This document shows positions 38,301 through 53,300 of a stretch of DNA of 64,000 bases, in pieces. Location: the NCBI GenBank assembly GCA_964016885.1, contig OZ024740.1:41168001-41232000 (forward strand), in the 5' to 3' direction. The position numbers were made by a program, and so were the translations under genes. Under the pieces are notes generated by a model. The model saw only the letters and a list, made by a program, of their open reading frames with translations. It did no database searches and was not told where the DNA came from. Source of the stretch: Eledone cirrhosa. Lineage: Eukaryota. Every line of letters starts with the position of its first letter. The first letter of the stretch is position 1.

Positions 38301-41300
38301 TATTTGTTTTATGTATTAAAATAAAGTGTACGTGAAGATAAATTTATTTTTATTTGTTTTATGTATTAAAATAAAGTGTACGTGAAGATAAATTAATTTT
38401 TATTTGTTTTATGTATCAAAATAAAGTGTACGTGAAGATAAATTTATTTTTATTTGTTTTATGTATTAAAATAAAGTGTACGTGAAGATAAATTTATTTT
38501 TATTTGTTTTATGTATTAAAATATAGTGTACGTGAAGATAAATTTATTTTTATTTGTTTTATGTATTAAAATAAAGTGTACGTGAAGATAAATTTATTTT
38601 TATTTGTTTTATGTATTAAAATAAAGTGTACGTGAAGATAAATTTATTTTTATTTGTTTTATGTATTAAAATAAAGTGTACGTGAAGATACATTTATTAT
38701 TATTTGTTTTATGTATTAAAATAAAGTGTACGTGAAGATAAATTTATTTTTATTTGTTTTATGTATTAAAATAAAGTATACGTGAAGATAAATTTATTTT
38801 TATTTGTTTTATGTATTAAAATAAAGTGTACGTGAAGATAAATTTATTTTTATTTGTTTTATGTATTAAAATAAAGTGTACGTGAAGATAAATTTATTTT
38901 TATTTGTTTTATGTATTAAAATAAAGTGTACGTGAAGATAAATTTATTATAATTTGTTTTATGTATTAAAATAAAGTGTACGTGAAGATAAATTTATTTT
39001 TATTTGTTTTATGCATTAAAATAAAGTGTACGTGAAGATAAATTTATTTTTATTTGTTTTATGTATTAAAATAAAGTGTACGTGAAGATAAATTTATTTT
39101 TATTTGTTTTATGTATTAAAATAAAGTGTACGTGAAGATAAATTTATTTTTATTTGTTTTATGTATTAAAATAAAGTGTACGTGATGATAAATTTATTTT
39201 TATTTGTTTTATGTATTAAAATAAAGTGTACGTGAAGATAAATTTATTTTTATTTGTTTTATGTATTAAAATAAAGTGTACGTGAAGATAAATTTATTTT
39301 TATTTGTTTTATGTATTAAAATAAAGTGTACTTGAAGATAAATTTATTTTTATTTGTTTTATGTATTTAAATAAAGTGTACGTGAAGATAAATTTATTTT
39401 TATTTGTTTTATGTATTAAAATAAAGTGTACGTGAAGATAAATTTATTTTTATTTGTTTTATGTATTAAAATAAAGTGTACGTGAAGATAAATTTATTTT
39501 TATTTGTTTCATGTATTAAAATAAAGTGTACGTGAAGATAAATTTATTTTTATTTGTTTTATGTATTAAAATAAAGTGTACGTGAAGATAAATTTATTTT
39601 TATTTGTTTTATGTATTAAAGTAAAGTGTACGTGAAGATAAATTTACTTTTATTTGTTTTATGTATTAAAATAAAGTGTACGTGAAGATAAATTTACTTT
39701 TATTTGTTTTATGTATTAAAATAAAGTGTATGTGAAGATAAATTTACTTTTATTTGTTTTATGTATTAAAATAAAGTGTACGTGAAGATAAATTTACTTT
39801 TATTTGTTTTATGTATTAAAATAAAGTGTACGTGAAGATAAATTTATTTTTATTTGTTTTATGTATTAAAATAAAGTGTACGTGAAGATAAATTTATTTT
39901 TATTTGTTTTATGTATTAAAATAAAGTGTACGTGAAGATAAATTTATTTTTATTTGTTTTATGTATTAAAATAAAGTGTACGTGAAGATAAATTTATTTT
40001 TATTTGTTTCATGTATTAAAATAAAGTGTACGTGAAGATAAATTTATTTTTATTTGTTTTATGTATTAAAATAAAGTGTACGTGAAGATAAATTTATTTT
40101 TATTTGTTTTATGTATTAAAATAAAGTGTATGTGAAGATAAATTTATTTTTATTTGTTTTATGTATTAAAATATAGTGTACGTGAAGATAAATTTATTTT
40201 TATTTGTTTTATGTAATAAAATAAAGTGTACGTGAAGATAAATTTATTTTTATTTGTTTTATGTATTAAAATAAAGTGTACGTGAAGATAAATTTATTTT
40301 TATTTGTTTCATGTATTAAAATAAAGTGTACGTGAAGATAAATTTATTTTTATTTGTTTTATGTATTAAAATAAAGTGTACGTGAAGATAAATTTATTTT
40401 TATTTGTTTTATGTATTAAAATAAAGTGTATGTGAAGATAAATTTATTTTTATTTGTTTTATGTATTAAAATAAAGTGTACGTGAAGATAAATTTATTTT
40501 TATTTGTTTTATGTATTAAAATAAAGTGTACGTGAAGATAAATTTATTTTCATTTGTTTTATGTATTAAAATAAAGTGTACGTGAAGATAAATTTATTTT
40601 TATTTGTTTTATGTATTAAAATAAAGTGTACGTGAAGATAAATTTATTTTTATTTGTTTTATGTATTAAAATAAAGTGTACGTGAAGATAAATTTATTTT
40701 TATTTGTTTTATCTATTAAAATAAAGTGTACGTGAAGATAAATTTATTTTTATTTGTTTTATGTATTAAAATAAAGTATACGTGAAGATAAATTTATTTT
40801 TATTTGTTTTATGTATTAAAATAAAGTGTACGTGAAGATAAATTTATTTTTATTTGTTTTATGTATTAAAATAAAGTGTACGTGAAGATAAATTTATTTT
40901 TATTTGTTTTATGTATTAAAATAAAGTGTACGTGAAGATAAATTTATTTTTATTTGTTTCATGTATTAAAATAAAGTGTACGTGAAGATAAATTTATTTT
41001 TATTTGTTTTATGTATTAAAATAAAGTGTACGTGAAGATAAATTTATTTTTATTTGTTTTATGTATTAAAGTAAAGTGTACGTGAAGATAAATTTACTTT
41101 TATTTGTTTTATGTATTAAAATAAAGTGTACGTGAAGATAAATTTACTTTTATTTGTTTTATGTATTAAAATAAAGTGTATGTGAAGATAAATTTACTTT
41201 TATTTGTTTTATGTATTAAAATAAAGTGTACGTGAAGATAAATTTACTTTTATTTGTTTTATGTATTAAAATAAAGTGTACGTGAAGATAAATTTATTTT

Positions 41301-44300
41301 TATTTGTTTTATGTATTAAAATAAAGTGTACGTGAAGATAAATTTATTTTTATTTGTTTTATGTATTAAAATAAATTGTACGTGAAGATAAATTTATTTT
41401 TATTTGTTTTATGTATTAAAATAAAGTGTACGTGAAGATAAATTTATTTTTATTTGTTTCATGTATTAAAATAAAGTGTACGTGAAGATAAATTTATTTT
41501 TATTTGTTTTATGTATTAAAATAAAGTGTACGTGAAGATAAATTTATTTTTATTTGTTTTATGTATTAAAATAAAGTGTATGTGAAGATAAATTTATTTT
41601 TATTTGTTTTATGTATTAAAATAAAGTGTACGTGAAGATAAATTTATTTTTATTTGTTTTATGTAATAAAATAAAGTGTACGTGAAGATAAATTTATTTT
41701 TATTTGTTTTATGTATTAAAATAAAGTGTACGTGAAGATAAATTTATTTTTATTTGTTTCATGTATTAAAATAAAGTGTACGTGAAGATAAATTTATTTT
41801 TATTTGTTTTATGTATTAAAATAAAGTGTACGTGAAGATAAATTTATTTTTATTTGTTTTATGTATTAAAATAAAGTGTATGTGAAGATAAATTTATTTT
41901 TATTTGTTTTATGTATTAAAATAAAGTGTACGTGAAGATAAATTTATTTTTATTTGTTTTATGTATTAAAATAAAGTGTACGTGAAGATAAATTTATTTT
42001 CATTTGTTTTATGTATTAAAATAAAGTGTACGTGAAGATAAATTTATTTTTATTTGTTTTATGTATTAAAATAAAGTGTACGTGAAGATAAATTTATTTT
42101 TATTTGTTTTATGTATTAAAATAAAGTGTACGTGAAGATAAATTTATTTTTATTTGTTTTATCTATTAAAATAAAGTGTACGTGAAGATAAATTTATTTT
42201 TATTTGTTTTATGTATTAAAATAAAGTATACGTGAAGATAAATTTATTTTTATTTGTTTTATGTATTAAAATAAAGTGTACGTGAAGATAAATTTATTTT
42301 TATTTGTTTTATGTATTAAAATAAAGTGTACGTGAAGATAAATTTATTTTTATTTGTTTTATGTATTAAAATAAAGTGTACGTGAAGATAAATTTATTAT
42401 AATTTGTTTTATGTATTAAAATAAAGTGTACGTGAAGATAAATTTATTTTTAATTGTTTTATGCATTAAAATAAAGTGTACGTGAAGATAAATTCATTTT
42501 TATTTGTTTTATGTATTAAAATAAAGTGTACCTGAAGATAAATTTATTTTTATTTGTTTTATGTATTAAAATAAAGTGTACGTGAAGATAAATTTATTTT
42601 TATTTGTTTTATGTATTAAAATAAAGTGTACGTGAAGATAAATTTATTTTTATTTGTTTTATGTATTAAAATAAAGTGTACGTGAAGATAAATTTATTTT
42701 TATTTGTTTTATGTATTAAAATAAAGTGTACGTGAAGATAAATTTATTTTTATTTGTTTTATGTATTAAAATAAAGTGTACGTGAAGATAAATTTATTTT
42801 TATTTGTTTTATGTATTAAAATAAAGTGTACTTGAAGATAAATTTATTTTTATTTGTTTTATGTATTTAAATAAAGTGTACGTGAAGATAAATTTATTTT
42901 TATTTGTTTTATGTATTAAAATAAAGTGTACGTGAAGATAAATTTATTTTTATTTGTTTTATGTATTAAAATAAAGTGTACGTGAAGATAAATTTATTTT
43001 TATTTGTTTTATGTATTAAAATAAAGTGTACGTGAAGATAAATTTATTTTTATTTGTTTTATGTATTAAAATAAAGTGTACGTGAAGATAAATTTATTTT
43101 TATTTGTTTTATGTATTCAAATAAAGTGTACGTGAAGATAAATTTATTTTTATTTGTTTTATGTATTCAAATAAAGTGTACGTGAAGATAAATTTATTTT
43201 TATTTGTTTTATGTATTAAAATAAAGTGTACGTGAAGATAAATTTATTTTTATTTGTTTTATGTATTAAAATAAAGTGTACGTGAAGATAAATTTATTTT
43301 TATTTGTTTTATGTATTAAAATAAAGTGTACGTGAAGATAAATTTATTTTTATTTGTTTTATGTATTAAAATAAAGTGTACGTGAAGATAAATTTATTTT
43401 TATTTGTTTTATGCATTAAAATAAAGTGTACGTGAAGATAAATTTATTTTTATTTGTTTTATGTATTAAAATAAAGTGTACGTGAAGATAAATTTATTTT
43501 TATTTGTTTTATGTATTAAAATAAAGTGTACGTGAAGATAAATTTATTTTTATTTGTTTTATGTTTTAAAATAAAGTGTACGTGAAGATAAATTTATTTT
43601 TATTTGTTTTATGTATTAAAATAAAGTGTACGTGAAGATAAATTTATTTTTATTTGTTTTATGTATTAAAATAAAGTGTACGTGAAGATAAATTTACTTT
43701 TATTTGTTTTATGTATTAAAATAAAGTGTACGTGAAGATAAATTTACTTTTATTTGTTTTATGTATTAAAATAAAGTGTATGTGAAGATAAATTTACTTT
43801 TATTTGTTTTATGTATCAAAATAAAATGTACGTGAAGATAAATTTATTTTTATTTGTTTTATGTATTAAAATAAAGTGTACGTGAAGATAAATTTATTTT
43901 TATTTGTTTTATGTATTAAAATAAAGTGTACGTGAAGATAAATTTATTTTTATTTGTTTTATGTATTAAAATAAAGTGTACGTGAAGATGAATTTATTTT
44001 TATTTGTTTCATGTATTAAAATAAAGTGTACGTGAAGATAAATTTATTTTTATTTGTTTTATGTATTAAAATAAAGTGTACGTGAAGATAAATTTATTTT
44101 TATTTGTTTTATGTATTAAAATAAAGTGTACGTGAAGATAAATTTATTTTTATTTGTTTTATGTATTAAAATAAAGTGTACGTGAAGATACATTTATTAT
44201 TATTTGTTTTATATATTAAAATAAAGTGTACGTGAAGATAAATTTATTTTTATTTGTTTTATGTATTAAAATAAAGTATACGTGAAGATAAATTTATTTT

Positions 44301-47300
44301 TATTTGTTTTATGTATTAAAATAAAGTGTACGTGAAGATAAATTTATTTTTATTTGTTTTATGTATTAAAATAAAGTGTACGTGAAGATAAATTTATTTT
44401 TATTTGTTTTATGTATTAAAATAAACTGTACGTGAAGATAAATTTATTATAATTTGTTTTATGTATTAAAATAAAGTGTACGTGAAGATAAATTTATTTT
44501 TATTTGTTTTATGTATTAAAATAAAGTGTACGTGAAGATAAATTTATTTTTATTTGTTTTATGTATTAAAATAAAGTGTACGTGAAGATAAATTTATTAT
44601 AATTTGTTTTATGTATTAAAATAAAGTGTACGTGAAGATAAATTTATTTTTATTTGTTTTATGTATTAAAATAAAGTGTACGTGAAGATAAATTTATTTT
44701 TATTTGTTTTATGTATTAAAATAAAGTTTACGTGAAGATACATTTATTTTTATTTGTTTTATGTATTAAAATAAAGTGTACGTGAAGATAAATTTATTTT
44801 TATTTGTTTTATGTATTAAAATAAAGTGTACGTGAAGATAAATTTATTTTTATTTGTTTTATGTATTAAAATAAAGTGTACGTGAAGATAAATTTATTTT
44901 TATTTGTTTTATGTATTAAAATAAAGTGTACGTGAAGATAAATTTATTTTTATTTGTTTTATGTATTAAAATAAAGTGTACGTGTAGATAAATTTATTTT
45001 TATTTGTTTTATGTATTTAAATAAAGTGTACGTGAAGATAAATTTATTTTTATTTGTTTTATGTATTAAAATAAAGTGTACGTGAAGATAAATTTATTTT
45101 TATTTGTTTTATGTATTAAAATAAAGTGTACGTGAAGACAAATTTATTTTTATTTGTTTTATGTATTAAAATAAAGTGTACGAGAAGATAAATTTATTTT
45201 TATTTGTTTTATGTATTAAAATAAAGTGTCCGTGAAGATAAATTTATTTTTATTTGTTTTATGTATTAAAATAAAGTGTACGTGAAGATAAATTTATTTT
45301 TATTTGTTTTATGTATTAAAATAAAGTGTACGTGAAGATAAATTTATTTTTATTTGTCTTATGTATTAAAATAATGTGTACGTGAAGATAAATTTATTTT
45401 TATTTGTTTTATGTATTAAAATAAAGTGTACGTGAAGATAAATTTATTTTTATTTGTCTTATGTATTAAAATAATGTGTACGTGAAGATAAATTTATTTT
45501 TATTTGTTTTATGTATTAAAATAAAGTGTACGTGAAGATAAATTTACTTTTATTTGTTTTATGTATTAAAATAAAGTGTACGTGAAGATAAATTTACTTT
45601 TATTTGTTTTATGTATTAAAATAAAGTGTACGTGAAGATAAATTTACTTTTATTTGTTTTATGTATTAAAATAAAGTGTACGTGAAGATAAATTTATTTT
45701 TATTTGTTTTATGTATTAAAATAAAGTGTACGTGAAGATAAATTTATTTTTATTTGTTTTATGTATTAAAATAAAGTGTACGTGAAGATAAATTTATTTT
45801 TATTTGTTTTATGTATTAAAATAAAGTGTACGTGAAGATAAATTTATTTTTATTTGTTTTATGTATTAAAATAAAGTGTACGTGAAGATAAATTTATTTT
45901 TATTTGTTTTATGTATTAAAATAAAGTGTACGTGAAGATAAATTTATTTTTATTTGTTTTATGTATTAAAATAAAGTGTACGTGAAGATAAATTTATTTT
46001 TATTTGTTTTATGTATTAAAATAAAGTGTACGTGAAGATAAATTTATTTTTATTTGTCTTATGTATTAAAATAAAGTGTACGTGAAGATAAATTTACTTT
46101 TATTTGTTTTATGAATTAAAATAAAGTGTACGTGAAGATAAATTTACTTTTATTTGTTTTATGTATTAAAATAAAGTGTACGTGAAGATAAATTTATTTT
46201 TATTTGTTTTATGTATTAAAATAAAGTGTACGTGAAGATAAATTTATTTTTATTTGTTTTATGTGTTAAAATATAGTGTACGTGAAGATAGATTTATTTT
46301 TATTTGTGTTATGTATTAAAATAAAGTGTACGTGAAGATAAATTTATTTTTATTTGTTTTATGTATTAAAATAAAGTGTACGTGAAGATAAATTTATTTT
46401 TATTTGTTTTATGTATTAAAATAAAGTGTACGTGAAGATAAATTTATTTTTATTTGTTTTATGTATTAAAATAAAGTGTACGTGAAGATAAATTTATTTT
46501 TATTTGTTTTATGTATTAAAATAAAGTGTACGTGAAGATAAATTTATTTTTATTTGTTTTATGTATTAAAATAAAGTGTACGTGAAGATAAATTTATTTT
46601 TATTTGTTTTATGTATTAAAATAAAGTGTACGTGAAGATAAATTTATTTTTATTTGTTTTATGTATTAAAATAAAGTGTACGTGAAGATAAATTTATTTT
46701 TATTTGTTTTATGTATTAAAATAAAGTGTACGTGAAGATAAATTTATTTTTATTTGTCTTATGTATTAAAATAAAGTGTACGTGAAGATAAATTTACTTT
46801 TATTTGTTTTATGAATTAAAATAAAGTGTACGTGAAGATAAATTTACTTTTATTTGTTTTATGTATTAAAATAAAGTGTACGTGAAGATAAATTTATTTT
46901 TATTTGTTTTATGTATTAAAATAAAGTGTACGTGAAGATAAATTTATTTTTATTTGTTTTATGTGTTAAAATATAGTGTACGTGAAGATAGATTTATTTT
47001 TATTTGTGTTATGTATTAAAATAAAGTGTACGTGAAGATAAATTTATTTTTATTTGTTTTATGTATTAAAATAAAGTGTACGTGAAGATAAATTTATTTT
47101 TATTTGTTTTATGTATTAAAATAAAGTGTACGTGAAGATACATTTATTTTTATTTGTTTTATGTATTAAAATAAAGTGTACGTGAAGATAAATTTATTTT
47201 TATTTGTCTTATGTATTAAAATAATGTGTACGTGAAGATAAATTTACTTTTATTTGTTTTATGTATTAAAATAAAGTGTACGTGAAGATAAATTTACTTT

Positions 47301-50300
47301 TATTTGTTTTATGTATTAAAATAAAGTGTACGTGAAGATAAATTTACTTTTATTTGTTTTATGTATTAAAATAAAGTGTACGTGAAGATAAATTTACTTT
47401 TATTTGTTTTATGTATTAAAATAAAGTGTACGTGAAGATAAATTTATTTTTATTTGTTTTATGTATTAAAATAAAGTGTACGTGAAGATAAATTTATTTT
47501 TATTTGTTTTATGTATTAAAATAAAGTGTACGTGAAGATAAATTTATTTTTATTTGTTTTATGTATTAAAATAAAGTGTACGTGAAGATAAATTTATTTT
47601 TATTTGTTTTATGTATTAAAATAAAGTGTACGTGAAGATAAATTTATTTTTATTTGTTTTATGTATTAAAATAAAGTGTACGTGAAGATAAATTTATTTT
47701 TATTTGTTTTATGTATTAAAATAAAGTGTACGTGAAGATAAATTTATTTTTATTTGTTTTATGTATTAAAATAAAGTGTACGTGAAGATAAATTTATTTT
47801 TATTTGTTTTATGTATTAAAATAAAGTGTACGTGAAGATAAATTTATTTTTATTTGTTTTATGTATTAAAATAAAGTGTACGTGAAGATAAATTTATTTT
47901 TATTTGTTTTATGTATTAAAATAAAGTGTACGTGAAGATAAATTTATTTTTATTTGTTTTATGTATTAAAATAAAGGGTACGTGAAGATAAATTTATTTT
48001 TATTTGTTTTATGTATTAAAATAAAGTGTACGTGAAGATAAATTTATTTTTATTTGTTTTATGTATTAAAATAAAGTGTACGTGAAGATAAATTTATTTT
48101 TATTTGTCTTATGTATTAAAATAAAGTGTACGTGAAGATAAATTTATTTTTATTTGTTTTATGTTAAAATATAGTGTACGTGAAGATAGATTTATTTTTA
48201 TTTGTGTTATGTATTAAAATAAAGTGTACGTGAAGATAAATTTATTTTTATTTGTTTTATGTATTAAAATAAAGTGTACGTGAAGATAAATTTATTTTTA
48301 TTAGTTTTATGTATTAAAATAAAGTGTACGTGAAGATACATTTATTTTTATTTGTTTTATGTATTAAAATAAAGTGTACGTGAAGATAAATTTATTTTTA
48401 TTTGTCTTATGTATTAAAATAATGTGTACGTGAAGATAAATTTACTTTTATTTGTTTTATGTATTAAAATAAAGTGTACGTGAAGATAAATTTACTTTTA
48501 TTTGTTTTATGTATTAAAATAAAGTGTACGTGAAGATAAATTTACTTTTATTTTTTTTATGTATTAAAATAAAGTGTACGTGAAGATAAATTTACTTTTA
48601 TTTGTTTTATGTATTAAAATAAAGTGTACGTGAAGATAAATTTATTTTTATTTGTTTTATGTATTAAAATAAAGTGTACGTGAAGATAAATTTATTTTTA
48701 TTTGTTTTATGTATTAAAATAAAGTGTACGTGAAGATAAATTTATTTTTATTTGTTTTATGTATTAAAATAAAGTGTACGTGAAGATAAATTTATTTTTA
48801 TTTGTTTTATGTATTAAAATAAAGTGTACGTGAAGATAAATTTATTTTTATTTGTTTTATGTATTAAAATAAAGTGTACGTGAAGATAAATTTATTTTTA
48901 TTTGTTTTATGTATTAAAATAAAGTGTACGTGAAGATAAATTTATTTCTATTTGTTTTATGTATTAAAATAAAGTGTACGTGAAGATAAATTTATTTTTA
49001 ATTGTTTTATGTATTTAAATAAAGTGTACGTGAAGATAAATTTACTTTTATTTGTTTTATGTATTAAAATAAAGTGTACGTGAAGATAAATTTATTTTTA
49101 TTTGTTTTATGTATTAAAATAAAGTGTACGTGAAGATACATTTATTTTTATTTGTTTTATGTATTAAAATAAAGTGTACGTGAAGATAAATTTATTTTTA
49201 TTTGTCTTATGTATTAAAATAAAGTGTACGTGAAGATAAATTTACTTTTATTTGTTTTATGTATTAAAATAAAGTGTACGTGAAGATAAATTTACTTTTA
49301 TTTGTTTTATGTATTAAAATAAAGTGTACGTGAAGATAAATTTATTTTTATTTGTTTTATGTATTAAAATAAAGTGTACGTGAAGATAAATTTATTTTTA
49401 TTTGTTTTATGTATTAAAATAAAGTGTACGTGAAGATAAATTTATTTTTATTTGTTTTATGTATTAAAATAAAGTGTACGTGAAGATAAATTTATTTTTA
49501 TTTGTTTTATGTATTAAAATAAAGTGTACGTGAAGATAAATTTATTTTTATTTGTTTTATGTATTAAAATAAAGTGTACGTGAAGATAAATTTATTTTTA
49601 TTTGTTTTATGTATTAAAATAAAGTGTACGTGAAGATAAATTTATTTTTATTTGTTTTATGTATTAAAATAAAGTGTACGTGAAGATAAATTTATTTTTA
49701 TTTGTTTTATGTATTAAAATAAAGTGTACGTGAAGATAAATTTATTTTTATTTGTTTTATGTATTAAAATAAAGTGTACGTGAAGATAAATTTATTTTTA
49801 TTTGTTTTATGTATTAAAATAAAGTGTACGTGAAGATAAATTTATTTTTATTTGTTTTATGTATTAAAATAAAGGGTACGTGAAGATAAATTTATTTTTA
49901 TTTGTTTTATGTATTAAAATAAAGTGTACGTGAAGATAAATTTATTTTTATTTGTTTTATGTATTAAAATAAAGTGTACGTGAAGATAAATTTATTTTTA
50001 TTTGTCTTATGTATTAAAATAAAGTGTACGTGAAGATAAATTTATTTTTATTTGTTTTATGTGTTAAAATATAGTGTACGTGAAGATAGATTTATTTTTA
50101 TTTGTGTTATGTATTAAAATAAAGTGTACGTGAAGATAAATTTATTTTTATTTGTTTTATGTATTAAAATAAAGTGTACGTGAAGATAAATTTATTTTTA
50201 TTAGTTTTATGTATTAAAATAAAGTGTACGTGAAGATACATTTATTTTTATTTGTTTTATGTATTAAAATAAAGTGTACGTGAAGATAAATTTATTTTTA

Positions 50301-53300
50301 TTTGTCTTATGTATTAAAATAATGTGTACGTGAAGATAAATTTACTTTTATTTGTTTTATGTATTAAAATAAAGTGTACGTGAAGATAAATTTACTTTTA
50401 TTTGTTTTATGTATTAAAATAAAGTGTACGTGAAGATAAATTTACTTTTATTTTTTTTATGTATTAAAATAAAGTGTACGTGAAGATAAATTTACTTTTA
50501 TTTGTTTTATGTATTAAAATAAAGTGTACGTGAAGATAAATTTATTTTTATTTGTTTTATGTATTAAAATAAAGTGTACGTGAAGATAAATTTATTTTTA
50601 TTTGTTTTATGTATTAAAATAAAGTGTACGTGAAGATAAATTTATTTTTATTTGTTTTATGTATTAAAATAAAGTGTACGTGAAGATAAATTTATTTTTA
50701 TTTGTTTTATGTATTAAAATAAAGTGTACGTGAAGATAAATTTATTTTTATTTGTTTTATGTATTAAAATAAAGTGTACGTGAAGATAAATTTATTTTTA
50801 TTTGTTTTATGTATTAAAATAAAGTGTACGTGAAGATAAATTTATTTTTAATTGTTTTATGTATTTAAATAAAGTGTACGTGAAGATAAATTTATTTTTA
50901 TTTGTTTTATGTATTAAAATAAAGTGTACGTGAAGATAATTTTATTTTTATTTGTTTTATGTATTAAAATAAAGTGTACGTGAAGATAAATTTATTTTTA
51001 TTTGTTTTATGTATTAAAATAAAGTGTACGTGAAGATAAATTTATTTTTATTTGTTTTATGTATTAAAATAAAGTGTACGTGAAGATAAATTTATTTTTA
51101 TTTGTTTTATGTATTAAAATAAAGTGTACGTGAAGATAAATTTATTTTTATTCGTTTTATGTATTAAAATAAAGTGTACGTGAAGATAAATTTATTTTTA
51201 TTTGTTTTATGTATTAAAATAAAGTGTACGTGAAGATAAATTTACTTTTATTTGTTTTATGTATTAAAATAAAGTGTACGTGAAGATAAATTTACTTTTA
51301 TTTGTTTTATGTATTAAAATAAAGTGTACGTGAAGATAAATTTACTTTTATTTGTTTTATGTATTAAAATAAAGTGTACGTGAAGATAAATTTATTTTTA
51401 TTTGTTTTATGTATTAAAATAAAGTGTACGTGAAGATAAATTTATTTTTATTTGTTTTATGTATTTAAATAAAGTGTACGCGAAGATAAATATTTTTCTA
51501 TTTGTTTTATGTATTAAAATAAAGTGTACGTGAAAATAAATTTATTTTTATTTGTTTTATGTATCTAAATAAAGTGTACGTGAAGATAAATTTATTTTTA
51601 TTTGTTTTATGTATTAAAATAAAGTGTACGTGAAGATAAATCTATTTTTATTTGTTTTATGTATTTAAATAAAGTGTACGTGAAGATAAATTTATTTTTA
51701 TTTGTTTTATGTATTAAAATAAAGTGTACGTGAAGATAAATTTATTTTTATTTGTTTTATGTATTAAAATAAAGTGTACGTGAAGATAAATTTATTTTTA
51801 TTTGTTTTATGTATAAAAATAAAGTGTACGTGAAGATAAATTTATTTTTAATTGTTTTATGTATTTAAATAAAGTGGACGTGAAGATAAATTTATTTTTA
51901 TTTGTTTTATGTATTAAAATAAAGTGTACGTGAAGATAAATTTATTTCTATTTGTTTTATGTATTAAAATAAAGTGTACGTGAAGATAAATTTATTTTTA
52001 ATTGTTTTATGTATTTAAATAAAGTGTACGTGAAGATAAATTTACTTTTATTTGTTTTATGTATTAAAATAAAGTGTACGTGAAGATAAATTTATTTTTA
52101 TTTGTTTTATGTATTAAAATAAAGTGTACGTGAAGATACATTTATTTTTATTTGTTTTATGTATTAAAATAAAGTGTACGTGAAGATAAATTTATTTTTA
52201 TTTGTCTTATGTATTAAAATAATGTGTACGTGAAGATAAATTTACTTTTATTTGTTTTATGTATTAAAATAAAGTGTACGTGAAGATAAATTTATTTTTA
52301 TTTGTTTTATGTATTAAAATAAAGTGTACGTGAAGATAAATTTACTTTTATTTGTTTTATGTATTAAAATAAAGTGTACGTGAAGATAAATTTATTTTTA
52401 TTTGTTTTATGTATTAAAATAAAGTGTACGTGAAGATAAATTTATTTTTATTTGTTTTATGTATTAAAATAAAGTGTACGTGAAGATAAATTTATTTTTA
52501 TTTGTTTTATGTATTAAAATAAAGTGTACGTGAAGATACATTTATTTTTATTTGTTTTATGTATTAAAATAAAGTGTACGTGAAGATAAATTTATTTTTA
52601 TTTGTCTTATGTATTAAAATAATGTGTACGTGAAGATAAATTTACTTTTATTTGTTTTATGTATTAAAATAAAGTGTACGTGAAGATAAATTTATTTTTA
52701 TTTGTTTTATGTATTAAAATAAAGTGTACGTGAAGATAAATTTACTTTTATTTGTTTTATGTATTAAAATAAAGTGTACGTGAAGATAAATTTATTTGTA
52801 TTTGTTTTATGTATTAAAATAAAGTGTACGTGAAGATAAATTTATTTTTATTTGTTTTATGTATTAAAATAAAGTGTACGTGAAGATAAATTTATTTTTA
52901 TTTGTTTTATGTATTAAAATAAAGTGTACGTGAAGATAAATTTATTTTTATTTGTTTTATGTATTAAAATAAAGTGTACGTGAAGATAAATTTATTTTTA
53001 TTTGTTTTATGTATTAAAATAAAGTGTACGTGAAGATAAATTTACTTTTATTTGTTTTATGTATTAAAATAAAGTGTACGTGAAGATAAATTTACTTTTA
53101 TTTGTTTTATGTATTAAAATAAAGTGTACGTGAAGATAAATTTACTTTTATTTGTTTTATGTATTAAAATAAAGTGTACGTGAAGATAAATTTATTTTTA
53201 TTTGTTTTATGTATTAAAATAAATTGTACGTGAAGATAAATTTATTTTTATTTGTTTTATGTATTTAAATAAAGTGTACGCGAAGATAAATATTTTTCTA

